Positions 29,701 through 40,900 of a stretch of DNA of 53,402 nucleotides are shown piece by piece. Under the pieces are notes generated by a model that did not search any database, was not told where the DNA came from, and saw only the letters and a list, made by a program, of their open reading frames with translations. The position numbers and the translations under genes are program-made. The stretch's first letter is position 1. Every line of letters starts with the position of its first letter. The stretch comes from a virus. Taxonomy: Duplodnaviria; Caudoviricetes. The DNA is taken from the IMG/VR virus record IMGVR_UViG_3300015264_000030, positions 1 to 53,402 of that record; one strand, written 5' to 3'.

Positions 29701-32700
29701 AATCGTCGAGGGGGAATTTTCGCTGCTACTAATCCAACCGATTTGTTAGAGAAACAGAGTCTTCTTTCTGCAACAGCGGTTCAAATGGAACAGGGTGCGA
29801 TGAATTCTGACAGACTTCCAAAGGGTTTTGCTGAACGAATGAAGAATTTTGCTTTAACGAATGAAGATGTATCTTCGATTACTAGAGAAGCATCTAAAAG
29901 TCCTATCTTAGAAGGACTTGGAAAAAATTCTATCTCACAAATCATGGAACAATTTGGCTATGAGATTAGTAAATTTAAGATTCCTGCTGGTGTATCTCCT
30001 GATGATTGGAAGAAGCATATCCAATCTCTTAACGAATTAACTGCAAAAGAAACCTCTATTCGTTTGAAGTATAATCAGGAACTTCAAAATATTCTCCAAA
30101 GGGGAAATATCCTTTCTAACTTCGCCTTAACTAGCGGGGCCGGAATTATTGAATCAAAATACCGTGCAGATACTTTTGAAACATTTAAGCAGGGTCAAAC
30201 TAATCAACTTGCTGGATTAACGACTTCCGAAATACCCATGATTATCCGTCGTAGTCAAACCAAATCTCAAGAAATTAAAGACCAAATGACTCGTGATTTA
30301 GCTGTAAATACAAATAAAGGAGCAAGAGAACTTAGTTCCACTTTTGGTAAAACTATTAGCGAAGGATTACTTGCTGGATTAGATGCGACAGATGCGAAAA
30401 CAAATGCAGTTCTGTCTTTGCCAATAGATAAAATCAACGCAAGAAAATATCTTGATACCCGACAAACGATGTTTGCAAATAATCCATCTGCTTTAATTGA
30501 AGCGGCTAAAAATCCTATGACATTTGCCGAAAAATTCTTAGGAAAAAAGAATGATGTAATTGGTGGAGGAAATGGAATTAGCAGTAACCTATACGATACT
30601 ATCGCTAATAAATTAAATACTGCGGCAAATGGACAACAGGAGAATATAGCGAGTATTTTGTTTGAAACGAAACAAATCACCGAAAAGGGATTGAATGATA
30701 TTGCCCAACTTAATCTCGAACAAATTGCGGCAATTAAAGAAGCTAGATTCCAAGAACTTGCTCAAGGTATTAAGGGTATTGATGAATTAGCAAGAGGTGG
30801 TGCTAGAAGGGCGAGACGTGAACTTCGTAGGGATGAATATATCTATGGGCATAGTCGAAGCACAATCAGAAGGGGAGAAGCGGCAAGAGACTTGCTTAAT
30901 TATATTCCTTCTGACCAAAGAGATTACAATAATCCTCAGATTAGGGGACTTTATAATACTGCTCAATCTGGTTCAAGTGCGGCTTTTAATTATATTTTTC
31001 GTGGTTCAATGTTACAAAATTTCGCTAATAGTGATGAAAGGTCATTTGCAAGAACATTTGGAAATTATAAAGGCGTTAATACTCCGGCAATAGGACTAGG
31101 AGGTGCTGGATTTGGAGCGGCGGCAACGAAAGGAATTGATGTATCTGGATTAACTACGGCTACTACTCTGGCTCAACAAGATTTAACTAATTTTGCAAAG
31201 AGTCTTGAAAATATTGGTGGTAGTTTAGAAAAATTCAAACAAGAGCTTCAAGATGTTAGTGCTTCTAGGACTATTGAGGGTAATAGATATGGTAATACTA
31301 ATAGCAACAATGTAAATTCGCCAACACCGCCGCCAGCAAGCCCTTGGATGGATAATTTGAAACAATATGGTTTGCCAGCCCTTAATGCTATTATTCAGTT
31401 GGCTTTTATCGCTGCCGCTTTCAAAAGAGGCGGGGCGTCTGGTGGTGGTTCAGCCGGTGGATTAGGAGGATTAGCTTCAACGATTTCTCCAAAACTCTTT
31501 GGTGGTGGTGGAAAAGCGGGATTTTTTGCAAGCACTACTGGGGCATTTTCGAGAGGCATGAACGAAGAATCATTTATTGGAAAAGGAATGTCTGGACAAT
31601 CAGCGGGTTCATTTCAAAAAATGGCTTTTAATTTGGGGAGTCGAACCGGTAGAATTTTAGCCCCTATTAGTGGGATTACCAGCGAAGCAGGTGATACTAG
31701 CAAGGCTCTAACTAGGGGTCTTAGAGGCGGTAATTTTATCGGTGCGGAAATGGCGGGACAATCTGCTGGTGCGCTTCAAAGCACCGCTTTTAAGATGGGT
31801 GGTGGTATAAGGGATTTGAGTATGATGGCAAATCCTTTTGGTGGTTGGAAAAATGCTGGTGCATTTGGAAAATTTATGAGAGTCGGAGGGGTTTTGGGTG
31901 CCGGACTAGGAGCCTATAATTCCTATGATAGTTTTAGGCGTGGTGATTATTCTGGCGGTGTGGTTGGTCTTGGAACAACCGCTCTTTCTTTTGCTGGGCC
32001 AGTCGGTCTTGCTGGTTCGATTGGAGTCAATGCAGTTCAAGCCGGGACAAATAAATACATGGGTTATCGAAACCAGATTGGGAATGAGCAAGGAAGAAGT
32101 GTATCCCTTGATATACAAAGTAGATTTATGAATAAGTATGGTAGTCAATATATGACTGCTGTAAAGAAGGGAATAGATGCTACTGATGCAGACAAAGCTT
32201 TCATGGAGACTTATGAAAGGGCAACTGGAAGTAGCGCCTTTAGAACTAAGGGCGGTGTTATACAGAAACAAGCAACAGATTTTTTCACCTCAAACAAGAA
32301 TCTTTTTCTTAAAAATTCCGTTGCCCCAGTGGGAACTTTTGAAAAAGGAGGAGTCCTTTATGGATTTAATAGTAACAAAAGCTATTCTAAAATTGGAAAT
32401 ACTGGAGATGCAAACAAAGATGCAGAAATTAGGGCATATACTCAAAAACACGAAGCTGAAAGGGAAAGGATAATGGAAAACCTTACGAGAACTACCCAAG
32501 GAAAACAGTATCTCGATTCTTTGAATGGAAGGGCTGAAAATTATGCCTATGATGTTACTAATAAGAAATTTTTTCCTAATCAACAAGTTGCTACGACACA
32601 AGCACCAGCGCAAGCTCCAAGTCAAAAATCGCCAGTTCAAGATGTTAAAATTTTTGCCGAGCCAGCTACGGTTATAGTGAAACTTGAAGGAAATGATGGA

Positions 32701-32808
32701 ACTTTGTTGCAAACTATTCTAACAAAGTTAGCTTTTATGGAAACCCAAGTTAATGCACTCAAGGGGACTCCAAAACCTGCATCAGTTAATCAGGCCATTT
32801 CTCAGTAA
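26794..32808 (+). CDS. Tail tape measure protein (~2004 aa)
   Basis: TP901-family N-terminal core (EFARHG..A..L...SGL; GAVIGNAFKSIFTRL; L..IGI), Ala/Gly-rich helical body and hydrophobic Gly-rich C-terminal segments; probable start ATG 26794. Confidence 0.92.
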   Translation: MAQPLMQMGVLVTPYINQQGFNAMAKSQGANFAAQFQNGMARAAQPLGRITGQVSEFEKSMAAANARVLAFGASAGSIYLVKDAFEKMISSTIEVEKSLANINTILQLGQGALKTFSSEMFKTASMTGQTFQTASQVALEFARHGVSASETAKRMTSAMQLMRISGLSASESVNAITAAINAFNKEGLSSEDIVGRLTAVDTKFAVSAQDLAKAIERVGSTATEAGVKFNQLLGLVTAVQTATARGGAVIGNAFKSIFTRLARPEVLSDLEAIGITTRNASGQILPMVDLLKRLASQYNTLNYAQKSFVTEAVGGVYQVNILKAGLADLGRGFSIYDKAAIAASQSTGLIEQRMASLNDTIAAKLNTTTLQFTRLVSSFGTTGFGSGTKSGLDSFNKQIEAIGNGLDDVSEKSGFGDKIGHSLAQGVAKGLGDIVSGPGIQIAMALVTKIAKGLGSFAYQSSREFMGLNEPMKQQAAVQQSITGFLQQNVGLVNQWARGQLSLNTLVGVYLQTMKNASIAQGQMTNMVGRATPLVGGSVHAGHVAGSNFVPNFGLPNIRVGDKALSGLDWLSEQEAIKKALVREKSPTATVGFSSIIASPQNPLGALVYDKAYQKSPDDAFRQHLFLGQTDLKNMGSSISSNRFVPNFGIADSLALGALQGTFNNINGVLSPLSYHYNKQLELVRKMNEQYTALTSQIRAGGIVKYNGNVYDNKTASGGISVAQNLRDFMLDFRQQNRGFTGSPLAQGNQNTAYDTYRQNVQKTQAKLSTYATFGMVGAPLALETGASFAKNFGKLDLSKGLESFSAGVTEAGQLLSTFPNKLGVMLASTAGIKSFSDSLSIMVSGFGKQERAFDLASTKAEKMASAGNSVLETFERLRTATTDATVTLDEYQSLQTKYAKSLMELASIQPYGAGIVQKLAGAGTADEKRQIISQAIDAQSQAKGEAGIKMQLAQLIAQSSVFGIGYGENRRGGIFAATNPTDLLEKQSLLSATAVQMEQGAMNSDRLPKGFAERMKNFALTNEDVSSITREASKSPILEGLGKNSISQIMEQFGYEISKFKIPAGVSPDDWKKHIQSLNELTAKETSIRLKYNQELQNILQRGNILSNFALTSGAGIIESKYRADTFETFKQGQTNQLAGLTTSEIPMIIRRSQTKSQEIKDQMTRDLAVNTNKGARELSSTFGKTISEGLLAGLDATDAKTNAVLSLPIDKINARKYLDTRQTMFANNPSALIEAAKNPMTFAEKFLGKKNDVIGGGNGISSNLYDTIANKLNTAANGQQENIASILFETKQITEKGLNDIAQLNLEQIAAIKEARFQELAQGIKGIDELARGGARRARRELRRDEYIYGHSRSTIRRGEAARDLLNYIPSDQRDYNNPQIRGLYNTAQSGSSAAFNYIFRGSMLQNFANSDERSFARTFGNYKGVNTPAIGLGGAGFGAAATKGIDVSGLTTATTLAQQDLTNFAKSLENIGGSLEKFKQELQDVSASRTIEGNRYGNTNSNNVNSPTPPPASPWMDNLKQYGLPALNAIIQLAFIAAAFKRGGASGGGSAGGLGGLASTISPKLFGGGGKAGFFASTTGAFSRGMNEESFIGKGMSGQSAGSFQKMAFNLGSRTGRILAPISGITSEAGDTSKALTRGLRGGNFIGAEMAGQSAGALQSTAFKMGGGIRDLSMMANPFGGWKNAGAFGKFMRVGGVLGAGLGAYNSYDSFRRGDYSGGVVGLGTTALSFAGPVGLAGSIGVNAVQAGTNKYMGYRNQIGNEQGRSVSLDIQSRFMNKYGSQYMTAVKKGIDATDADKAFMETYERATGSSAFRTKGGVIQKQATDFFTSNKNLFLKNSVAPVGTFEKGGVLYGFNSNKSYSKIGNTGDANKDAEIRAYTQKHEAERERIMENLTRTTQGKQYLDSLNGRAENYAYDVTNKKFFPNQQVATTQAPAQAPSQKSPVQDVKIFAEPATVIVKLEGNDGTLLQTILTKLAFMETQVNALKGTPKPASVNQAISQ

Positions 32809-32816
32809 AATAGAGT

Positions 32817-34586
32817 ATGCAAATTAGTGGTTTAATAACAGGGACGCTTGGATACGCGTTGCGAAGGGAATTTTTATCAAATGCTTTCGCAATACGCGAC
32901 GTTCAGACTTTCAATTATGAGATTTATTCTGTTGATTTTACTGGTGACGCAAATACCATTCAAACTCAAATAAAAAATCAATTCAGTCAAGTTTATTCCG
33001 GTGATGTTCATGTTATAGTTTTTAATACCCAAAATACTTTTCAATTTCCGAGTGATAGTATCCGAGCATCAAGATTTAATATCACCGTCGAAATAAAAAG
33101 TCCCCTAACAAATATTTCTTCTGGATTTCCAGAATTAAGTTCGGCATATTATTCTGGACTTAATACTACTTTCTGGACTAACTATGGACAATATTTACTT
33201 GATTTCAGAGAAGGTTTCGATTTTGCAATCAATTCAAATGGTCAAAGAGAATTCAATCACTCTATTTCTTTCGGTCTGCAAACTGGATGGTCAGGAGATA
33301 ATTCGGCGGCGGGTAGAAAGTCTTACGCGCAAAGTATTGTTAGTGGAATATTTGGAAATGACTCAAATACTACTTTCGGTTTATCGGTTTTAAGTGGTCA
33401 GATTAGTGGAGTTGGAAATTCTGGTATTTTTAGAAACTATTTTACAGAATCCTACGACTTAATTAAAAATGTCTATTCATTTGGACGAAAAAGAGAAGAA
33501 CTCCCCTTCGATGGCACAGGAATTATCTATGATTTAAGCAATTCTATCAATATGGCTAATGATGGAACTATTGATGTTTCTGAAAAGGCTTCGACGCAGG
33601 GTAAAATCAACTTTGCTTTAGCTGAATCAATACTTGAAAGTTATCTTGGCGCAGCATATCCGCGTTGTTCAGGAATTTATTCAAAATTTTATAATACTGG
33701 TATTATTTTGCAAGATAATCAATACTCTGTTATAACTGGCTCCCTTCTTCCATTGATAAATACGCCCATCAAGACAGTTAGGATTCTTGATGCAAATAGT
33801 CTTTCCGCCAGTTATGAAGTCACTTATACCAATAATCCGACATTTTCAGGTGATGGGACAGTTACTTCGCAAAATATAGAAGTCAAAATAAACACTTATA
33901 ATATGGTGGATATTTCTCATTCTTTTGATTATACTGTTAATAAGATAATCAATGATTCTGGATATTTTTCTACTTTAATGAATAATACTACCGGCTTGAG
34001 TCCATCTACTGTGAGCAACTATTATAATACGAATTTTAGTAATATTGTTTCTGTATATCCAAATATGAATTTGATTAAAACCAATTTTACTTGGCCGAAT
34101 ATCAAAACAAAAGCATCCGCGAAATTTGATTATAGCAATAATCCTTCATATTTTAATATTGTTAATGGTTTAACTTTTAATATTTTAGATTATTCTGTTA
34201 ATGACCAAAGACCAGTGGATATTATTAGCGAATATAAAGTTATCAACCGTCCGACAAAAACATCTGTTTTAAGTTATGGTTATCAATCTGAAAGAGGAAC
34301 AATTTCTATTTCGATTAAATCTCAAATTGGAAAGCAAAGCAATCAATTCTTCCCAGATGGAATAGGTAGTTTTTCGACAATAAATGGCAAAACTTTGGCT
34401 CAATATTTAATTGCGCTGTATTTATTTGGGGGACAAGTATTTTTGAAACAGTTTAATTATCCAACATTAGCGTTTAATTGGTTTATTTCTGATTCAAAAT
34501 ATACTTTTGATTCTGGCGGAAATTTGAATTTGGAATTAGATTATACCTATACTCTAAAAAAGAGATTGCCTTCTAATTTCCCATAA
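32817..34586 (+). CDS. Tail tip / distal tail-like protein
   Basis: 589-aa beta-rich protein directly after the tape measure. Confidence 0.55.
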   Translation: MQISGLITGTLGYALRREFLSNAFAIRDVQTFNYEIYSVDFTGDANTIQTQIKNQFSQVYSGDVHVIVFNTQNTFQFPSDSIRASRFNITVEIKSPLTNISSGFPELSSAYYSGLNTTFWTNYGQYLLDFREGFDFAINSNGQREFNHSISFGLQTGWSGDNSAAGRKSYAQSIVSGIFGNDSNTTFGLSVLSGQISGVGNSGIFRNYFTESYDLIKNVYSFGRKREELPFDGTGIIYDLSNSINMANDGTIDVSEKASTQGKINFALAESILESYLGAAYPRCSGIYSKFYNTGIILQDNQYSVITGSLLPLINTPIKTVRILDANSLSASYEVTYTNNPTFSGDGTVTSQNIEVKINTYNMVDISHSFDYTVNKIINDSGYFSTLMNNTTGLSPSTVSNYYNTNFSNIVSVYPNMNLIKTNFTWPNIKTKASAKFDYSNNPSYFNIVNGLTFNILDYSVNDQRPVDIISEYKVINRPTKTSVLSYGYQSERGTISISIKSQIGKQSNQFFPDGIGSFSTINGKTLAQYLIALYLFGGQVFLKQFNYPTLAFNWFISDSKYTFDSGGNLNLELDYTYTLKKRLPSNFP

Positions 34587-34591
34587 AAGTT

Positions 34592-36235
34592 ATGACAACA
34601 GGAATATTCGTAACATACGATACAACGACGTTGAATCCAACACCGTTAGTGAACTATTCGCGTCAGCCGGTCAATTTCGGATATATCTATGGATATAATA
34701 CGGATATTGCTTTAGATGGTTTTTATACTGGAATCACCACCACTGGTGCGGCGATTTCTTACCTAACTGGAGTTTTTGCAAATCAATTCAAGGGTCTTAC
34801 TGTTACCGACGACCAAAGCAATATACTTTATCAATGGACGGGCGTTACTGTCGAATCAATCAATTTAGATACAAACCCATATTTTCAAGGCTCTTTTGTC
34901 AAATATTCTGTAAAATTGAAATCTTTTGATGTGCCTAGTGGTATTGTTGACCCATCCAATGAATATTCATTTAATCAAAATGATGATGGTTCTGTAAATG
35001 TCAATCATAAAATAAGTGCTAGGGCAGCTAGAAATATTAGTGGAGCTTTTCAAAATACAATTAGTTTCGTTAGACAGTTCACGGGACAAGACCCATTTTC
35101 AAATTGCGCGCCATACCTCGTCCCTAGTGGCAGTGGAATATTATTAAGCATCTCTGAGAATATCAATCGTGCTGATGCGATTTATTCTGTCAATGAGGTG
35201 TATAAATATAATACCGGAATATCGGCCCCTTATGTTAAAATTACTTCCATAGAAATTTCTGAAAGTCTTGACGCTGAATTTAGAACCATAGAACACACGA
35301 CAAAGATTCAGGGTTCTCCCGTTAATAATAATCTAAACTCTATTATTACAAATAATTTAAGTTATGGACTATTGGCCGATATTCAAAATGAATATGGATT
35401 CTTTATTTCTAATTGGGTAAAAAATACTTATTCAGCTAATGTAGATTCCGGTGCAGCCACAGTTGAAATCAAAGTGGGATATATGTCTGGTGCAAATCCA
35501 TCTGGATTTTTTGATTATGTTGTAAATTGTGATAAAGATTCTTTAGTTAATACCGAAGATTGGAAAGTAGAAGGAGAATTTAGATGTTTTGGCCCATTAG
35601 ATTATAGGTCAAATCAATTAACGGCTTTCAAACAGGCAAATAGCGGAAGTGATTGGCGAGCTTATCTTACTGGATTGATTACCAGTTCGCCTGTCTTTTC
35701 TGGCAATCATAATACTAGCATTATTTTCTCTCCAAATTGTGAAGTTCAGGTTATAGAAAATACTAAATTGGCGACACTTAGGATTTCTCTAGTTATGGAG
35801 AATGGTTATGAACCAACTGGATTTGATAATCTAAAATATTCTATTGATTCGACTCCTAGTAAATGGATTTATGAATTATTGCCTTCGGTCAATATCGAGG
35901 GTTCTTTCGTTATTCAAGATTTGCAAACTCAATCAATGGCAAAGCAAAAATTCTCTCTTGATGGAAAAGGAACTAACCCTGCGGCGGATTTGTCATTAGT
36001 AAGCGGATACTTAAATTCTTTAGCAAACATTTATGTTCTTTCTGGAACGCAAAATACAATGACCGCATTTTTAATTGGGGATGAAGTGATGACCGGGATT
36101 TATGACGTTAGCCGCTCAATAACATATCTTGGGAAAGACAATGGAATTAGCACGGGTCTTTTATCCTTACAAGCGATAGGAACAAATACGGCTTCAATTC
36201 CTGTTAGACCGGCGGGTTACAATTTTGGTTATTAA
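34592..36235 (+). CDS. Tail tip protein (possible distant paralog of 32817)
   Basis: 547 aa; NQNDDGSVNVNHK resembles NMANDGTIDVSEK of the previous gene. Confidence 0.55.
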   Translation: MTTGIFVTYDTTTLNPTPLVNYSRQPVNFGYIYGYNTDIALDGFYTGITTTGAAISYLTGVFANQFKGLTVTDDQSNILYQWTGVTVESINLDTNPYFQGSFVKYSVKLKSFDVPSGIVDPSNEYSFNQNDDGSVNVNHKISARAARNISGAFQNTISFVRQFTGQDPFSNCAPYLVPSGSGILLSISENINRADAIYSVNEVYKYNTGISAPYVKITSIEISESLDAEFRTIEHTTKIQGSPVNNNLNSIITNNLSYGLLADIQNEYGFFISNWVKNTYSANVDSGAATVEIKVGYMSGANPSGFFDYVVNCDKDSLVNTEDWKVEGEFRCFGPLDYRSNQLTAFKQANSGSDWRAYLTGLITSSPVFSGNHNTSIIFSPNCEVQVIENTKLATLRISLVMENGYEPTGFDNLKYSIDSTPSKWIYELLPSVNIEGSFVIQDLQTQSMAKQKFSLDGKGTNPAADLSLVSGYLNSLANIYVLSGTQNTMTAFLIGDEVMTGIYDVSRSITYLGKDNGISTGLLSLQAIGTNTASIPVRPAGYNFGY

Positions 36236-36242
36236 GTGTAAT
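36236..36242 (+). promoter_or_regulatory. GTGTAAT candidate late-promoter motif
   Basis: Directly after the stop, 19 nt before ATG 36262. Confidence 0.55.
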
Positions 36243-36261
36243 TATCTGTGGGATAAGGCAA

Positions 36262-37962
36262 ATGAATATCGCGCCATTTTTACAATGTCTGGGAGCAACT
36301 GGAATAAATACCGGAGTATCTATTCTTGGATTATATTCTTTTGCAAGTGGAGACAATCTAGTAGCATATAATCAAATTTATTCAACTGGATTCCATTATA
36401 TCAGTGGTATTCCATACAACGATGCTGTTCCAATGATTTTCAACGGCTCTGGAAATCAACCAAGCGGCAAATTAACAGGAAATGGTTTTTATCAAGTTTC
36501 TGACCTTTTCTCTACGGATTTTTCTGTTATTATCTATTTGAATTATAGTGGCTGTAACTATTCTGGCAGTAATAACCAGTTGCTTGCTTCTACTAGCCTT
36601 TCTTCTGGTGCTAATTTAGGCATAACGCCTTCAAACAGATTATTCATAAAAACTCCAGATTATTCTTATACGATTCCAAAAGAAATTGGCGTTGGTGATT
36701 TTGCTTATTTCAGTGTGGTTGGTTCGAGATTTGTTAATTTTGGTTTGTTCAGCATGGCTGATAATGTTCTTTATAGTAAAAATTATGACGAAGGAAATCC
36801 TATTATTAGTTTAACTGATTTAACTTTTGGTGGGGCATTAACATATTCTTCAACTTTTACTGGATATTCTGGTAAATTAAATGAAATATATTTATTTAGC
36901 GGAGCATTAGGTTCAACTTCGGTTGGAGGATGTATTGCTTGCGCTTTCGCCACTGGATATACAACTGGTGCAAGTTCCTATAATTATATCACAACTCAGA
37001 TTACTGGTTCCTATTGGACAGGAATTACTTCATCTGGATTACTTTCGACCACTCAAGTCCTGACTTCATATCCAAAATTAACTGGTGGAACTGGTTATGT
37101 GTATTTTGATTTGGGGATTTCAGGCGCGATAACAATAGGTCAGGCACTCATTCCCCTTTCTCAAAGTGGGACTCAAACTGGTTTTATCAGTGGTCTATCT
37201 TTTGCTTTCGATACTTCTCAACCGATGAGCGGATTTTTATTTGATTTTTATTTTACTCAGGGACTTTCTTCTGGCGATATTGTCGAAATTTATACTTATC
37301 CAGTATTTAATACGAAAATTGGATTTCAGTTATCAAATCTGAATTATCCTTCCTCGACTGATGTGGTTCAACTTTATGGCAATGGCTTAGCCGAAACAAG
37401 CGGGATTGATTATTCAGTAGCATTTAATAATTTGATTCTTGGCTTTGATTCTCTTGATTTGCTTCAATATGACATTTATCCAGCAACTTATACTGGGCCA
37501 TACGCGACTGGATTTATTCAGACTGGAACGACTGGCGGTGGATTCGTTAATATTACGGGCGTCAGTGGGATGTCACTTTCTGGATTTAGTTCTGACATTT
37601 ATCTTAACGGACAAAAGATGGCAAGTGGATTAAATTTTTCTGTATCAGGATTAACATTGACCGTTTCTGGAAATGATTTTCAAGATTTTAATGACCCGTC
37701 TGGACATCTTTTGGAAATAAAGTTTATTCCTCAGTATAGCGGATTACTAAGGAATTTTACGATGATTTCAGGGAATCAATTTTATATTAGTGGGATTTCG
37801 GGATTTTCTGAACAGGTGTGGGTGAATGGACAAAGACAATTCAATGGTTTAGATTATTTCAAGTATCCAAGATGTCGCACTTGCACTGGAAATTTCGTGA
37901 ATCCCGGATTTCCATTTGTTTTATATGACAGTTCTATTGATACTATTGGCTTTTTTCAGTAA
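36262..37962 (+). CDS. Tail protein with LamG/ConA-like domain
   Basis: DFSVIIY...LTFGG...YSGKLNEIYLFSGAL LamG signature; three (L/I/V)xxNG...GxD(Y/F)-type repeats in the C-terminal part. Confidence 0.65.
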   Translation: MNIAPFLQCLGATGINTGVSILGLYSFASGDNLVAYNQIYSTGFHYISGIPYNDAVPMIFNGSGNQPSGKLTGNGFYQVSDLFSTDFSVIIYLNYSGCNYSGSNNQLLASTSLSSGANLGITPSNRLFIKTPDYSYTIPKEIGVGDFAYFSVVGSRFVNFGLFSMADNVLYSKNYDEGNPIISLTDLTFGGALTYSSTFTGYSGKLNEIYLFSGALGSTSVGGCIACAFATGYTTGASSYNYITTQITGSYWTGITSSGLLSTTQVLTSYPKLTGGTGYVYFDLGISGAITIGQALIPLSQSGTQTGFISGLSFAFDTSQPMSGFLFDFYFTQGLSSGDIVEIYTYPVFNTKIGFQLSNLNYPSSTDVVQLYGNGLAETSGIDYSVAFNNLILGFDSLDLLQYDIYPATYTGPYATGFIQTGTTGGGFVNITGVSGMSLSGFSSDIYLNGQKMASGLNFSVSGLTLTVSGNDFQDFNDPSGHLLEIKFIPQYSGLLRNFTMISGNQFYISGISGFSEQVWVNGQRQFNGLDYFKYPRCRTCTGNFVNPGFPFVLYDSSIDTIGFFQ

Positions 37963-37970
37963 AATAATAT

Positions 37971-40900
37971 ATGATACAGGTTTTACAAGGAGTAAGTGTT
38001 ATGCCACGAGGCGGAAATAATCGTTTTGTTTCCCAGAATTGGCCGAATTCTTATGCCTTCGGAGGATGGATTTATAATGTATCAACTACGTTAGGATTTA
38101 ACGAAAAGCCAACCGAAGTCACTCTTAATATAATTCTTGAGACTTCTACATTTTCTCAAACAGCGGCTAAGTTTGATATTACTCAATCTGATTTGCATTG
38201 TGATGCTGGAATTGGTGGTTTTTCAAACGAAACTTGGTATGACATGAATATTGAAGGATTCCAACTCCAGAATTTCCTCCTTTATTCCTATAACTTTTCG
38301 ATTGAAAATGGACAAAAAATTCTGAATGTCACTTTCAAAGATTATTCGATTATCCTTGACAAAATCTATATTGGTTTATTTAAGAAACAGGGATACTTAA
38401 TGCCTCACACTGTAAGTTCTCAATTACAACTACCTATTCGTTGTCAAGATTGTGAATATACTGGTGCGGCAATTACTGGCACTGGATTTGCTTCGCGCGA
38501 TATAAATTTCGGATGCTATGTTGGTAATAATGGAAATACTGTTGATTTATTTTCAAATACTTATTACACTTCTGGGAATGTTTTTAATGTATGGCAGCAC
38601 AATATCTTGAATCCAGCATTATCAGGAATTGTGCGTAATCAATTTGACTTAAATGGTGGATATTTAATTATTGGGACGGAATCAGCCACGGAAGAAAGAT
38701 GCAATTCTGCCCCAAATATCAATTATAGTTTTATTGAATTGATTTCTGCTCTACGTCTAAATGGAATAGGCTTTTCAGGAAGTTTCCCTTCTGGGACTGG
38801 GGATTCTGATTATGTTTATCGTAATAATTATAATGGTAGCTTGAGAGAGGTGCTTCAAAACTGGTGTTCTGACTTGGCATATACATTTTATACGAGTGGG
38901 AGAACATTTATCGGAATCAATCTTCAAAATCCGATTGATATTTCCGCATTAACCAGCATCGCTGACCCAACAAGTTCTATTGGACAATATTTTGAGATAA
39001 ACTCATCTGGTTCGATTACTAGCGGAGGAAACTCAGCCATCCTAAACTTCAATTCAAGAACTTCATTAGAAAATACTTTTATACAAGCCGTCGTTTGTGA
39101 TAATAGTTATCCGATTACAGAAAAACAAATAACTAAAAGTGTTAAGAAATTTGTCGGTATTAGTCCTTTGCATCCAACTGCTCTTAATCAAATCAATAGT
39201 GAATTAGTTTCTGACAATAATCTTTATGGAACCAATTTCACAAGAAGCGGATATGAAATCCCTTGGTTTGATTCTGGATTCGATGCGGTTGGAAATAGCC
39301 TTTATACAGATGGTTATTTTGCAAACTTCGCAAGACTAGATGGAAGAAGTTATAATGACCTTGACGCCGCTATTGCTCTATCAAATTATGATGATACTTT
39401 GAGAGAACTTTTTGTTGCTCAACGCTGCCTATTTAATGCTTGGGATATTGGCGGCGCGTTATTTCCTCAAATTAACTGGACGCCAGAACAGGCTGGAAAT
39501 GGAAATACTTTTTGGCCTTTGAATAACGCCTATTGTCGTGCGAATTTTGCCGCACTTGGGCTATTTCCAATCATGGAAATTACGAATTCAGAACTGAAAA
39601 CCAATATCATTTATGACAATTTCAAAAATGCTGAAAAAGATGGAATTGCTAATATCAATACTGACCAAAGATACTTTCGAGTATTCCTTGGATACTCTTA
39701 TGAAGATTTGAAAAGTGATATTACGACTTGGGAGAAAAATGCCGCGAGAGCCATGTATAAATATGGTATAGTGACTCAGGGGCCTCTTACTGGTCAACCA
39801 TTTGCTCCAATCAATCAGTTGGATGATATTTCTCCGACTGCGGGTTTTTATGGCGCGAGCGGATTAGTTTATTCAAGGATAGAAAATAGCTTTACGCCAG
39901 AAACCAATCGTTATCAGGATGTAAAATACGCTCCCTACTTGGATGTGATGCTTTATTCCGGTTATGTTGTTACTACTGGTTCGACAGGTATCTATTATAG
40001 CGGAAGTAATAAATATAATCCATTTGTTCCACCGGGATTTTCAGATTATGCGGGAAGATTGCCAACTGGATTATGGGTTTCAACTTTAGATAATGATTGG
40101 GGAACAATTCAAGAAGCATTTCAGACTAGCCTTGCTTTTAATTTAAGTGACCCATGTGCCGAACAATATACATTAGACCAAGGAATCTCTCAAATTCTTA
40201 CTGAGACTGATAGAACTTTACAAGATTGGAGATTAGAATATTTCAAACCCATCGTTAATCCCGACCTTTCGACAATTTCTGAAATAATCCAGAGCGACCA
40301 ATTTAACTTTTCTGGTGTTGTTGATGAAATTTGGACAACATATACAAATACCCGATTGATTAACAAAAAAGAGTGCAAAAAACTCAATATTATAATCATT
40401 CCTGATACATTAAACCATCCGAATATTCAGTTGACTTTTTCTCCTCAACCTGTCAATGCAAATAATCCTGTGGTCTTGAGGTCTTATAAGCAAAAACTTT
40501 ATGAGGCCGATTTAAGAAAAAATACAACAGAAACACCAAGCATTTGTTCTATTTCCCTTTTGGATGAAATGTGTCGCAATGTTCTTTCTGGTGCATCAGG
40601 TTTTAGTCAAATATTCACTCCATCATTAACAAGTCAACAAACTGGTTGCGTTATCCTTGAAGATAAAAATAATTATCTGTTGGAAGGATTTAATACTGGC
40701 GTTTTATTTGGAAAGAATTCTAGGACTCTCGATGTTGCTATTACTAAAAATCCTAATCGAAATATTTATCCGACTTTCGATGAAAATGGAGATTATTATT
40801 ATGCTGACTTGAACTTAGGTAGCCTTATTTTGGATAATGTAACTGTCAACGCCTCGATTATCTATCCAATCCAATCTTTTCCAAATAGCATCGCCAACTA

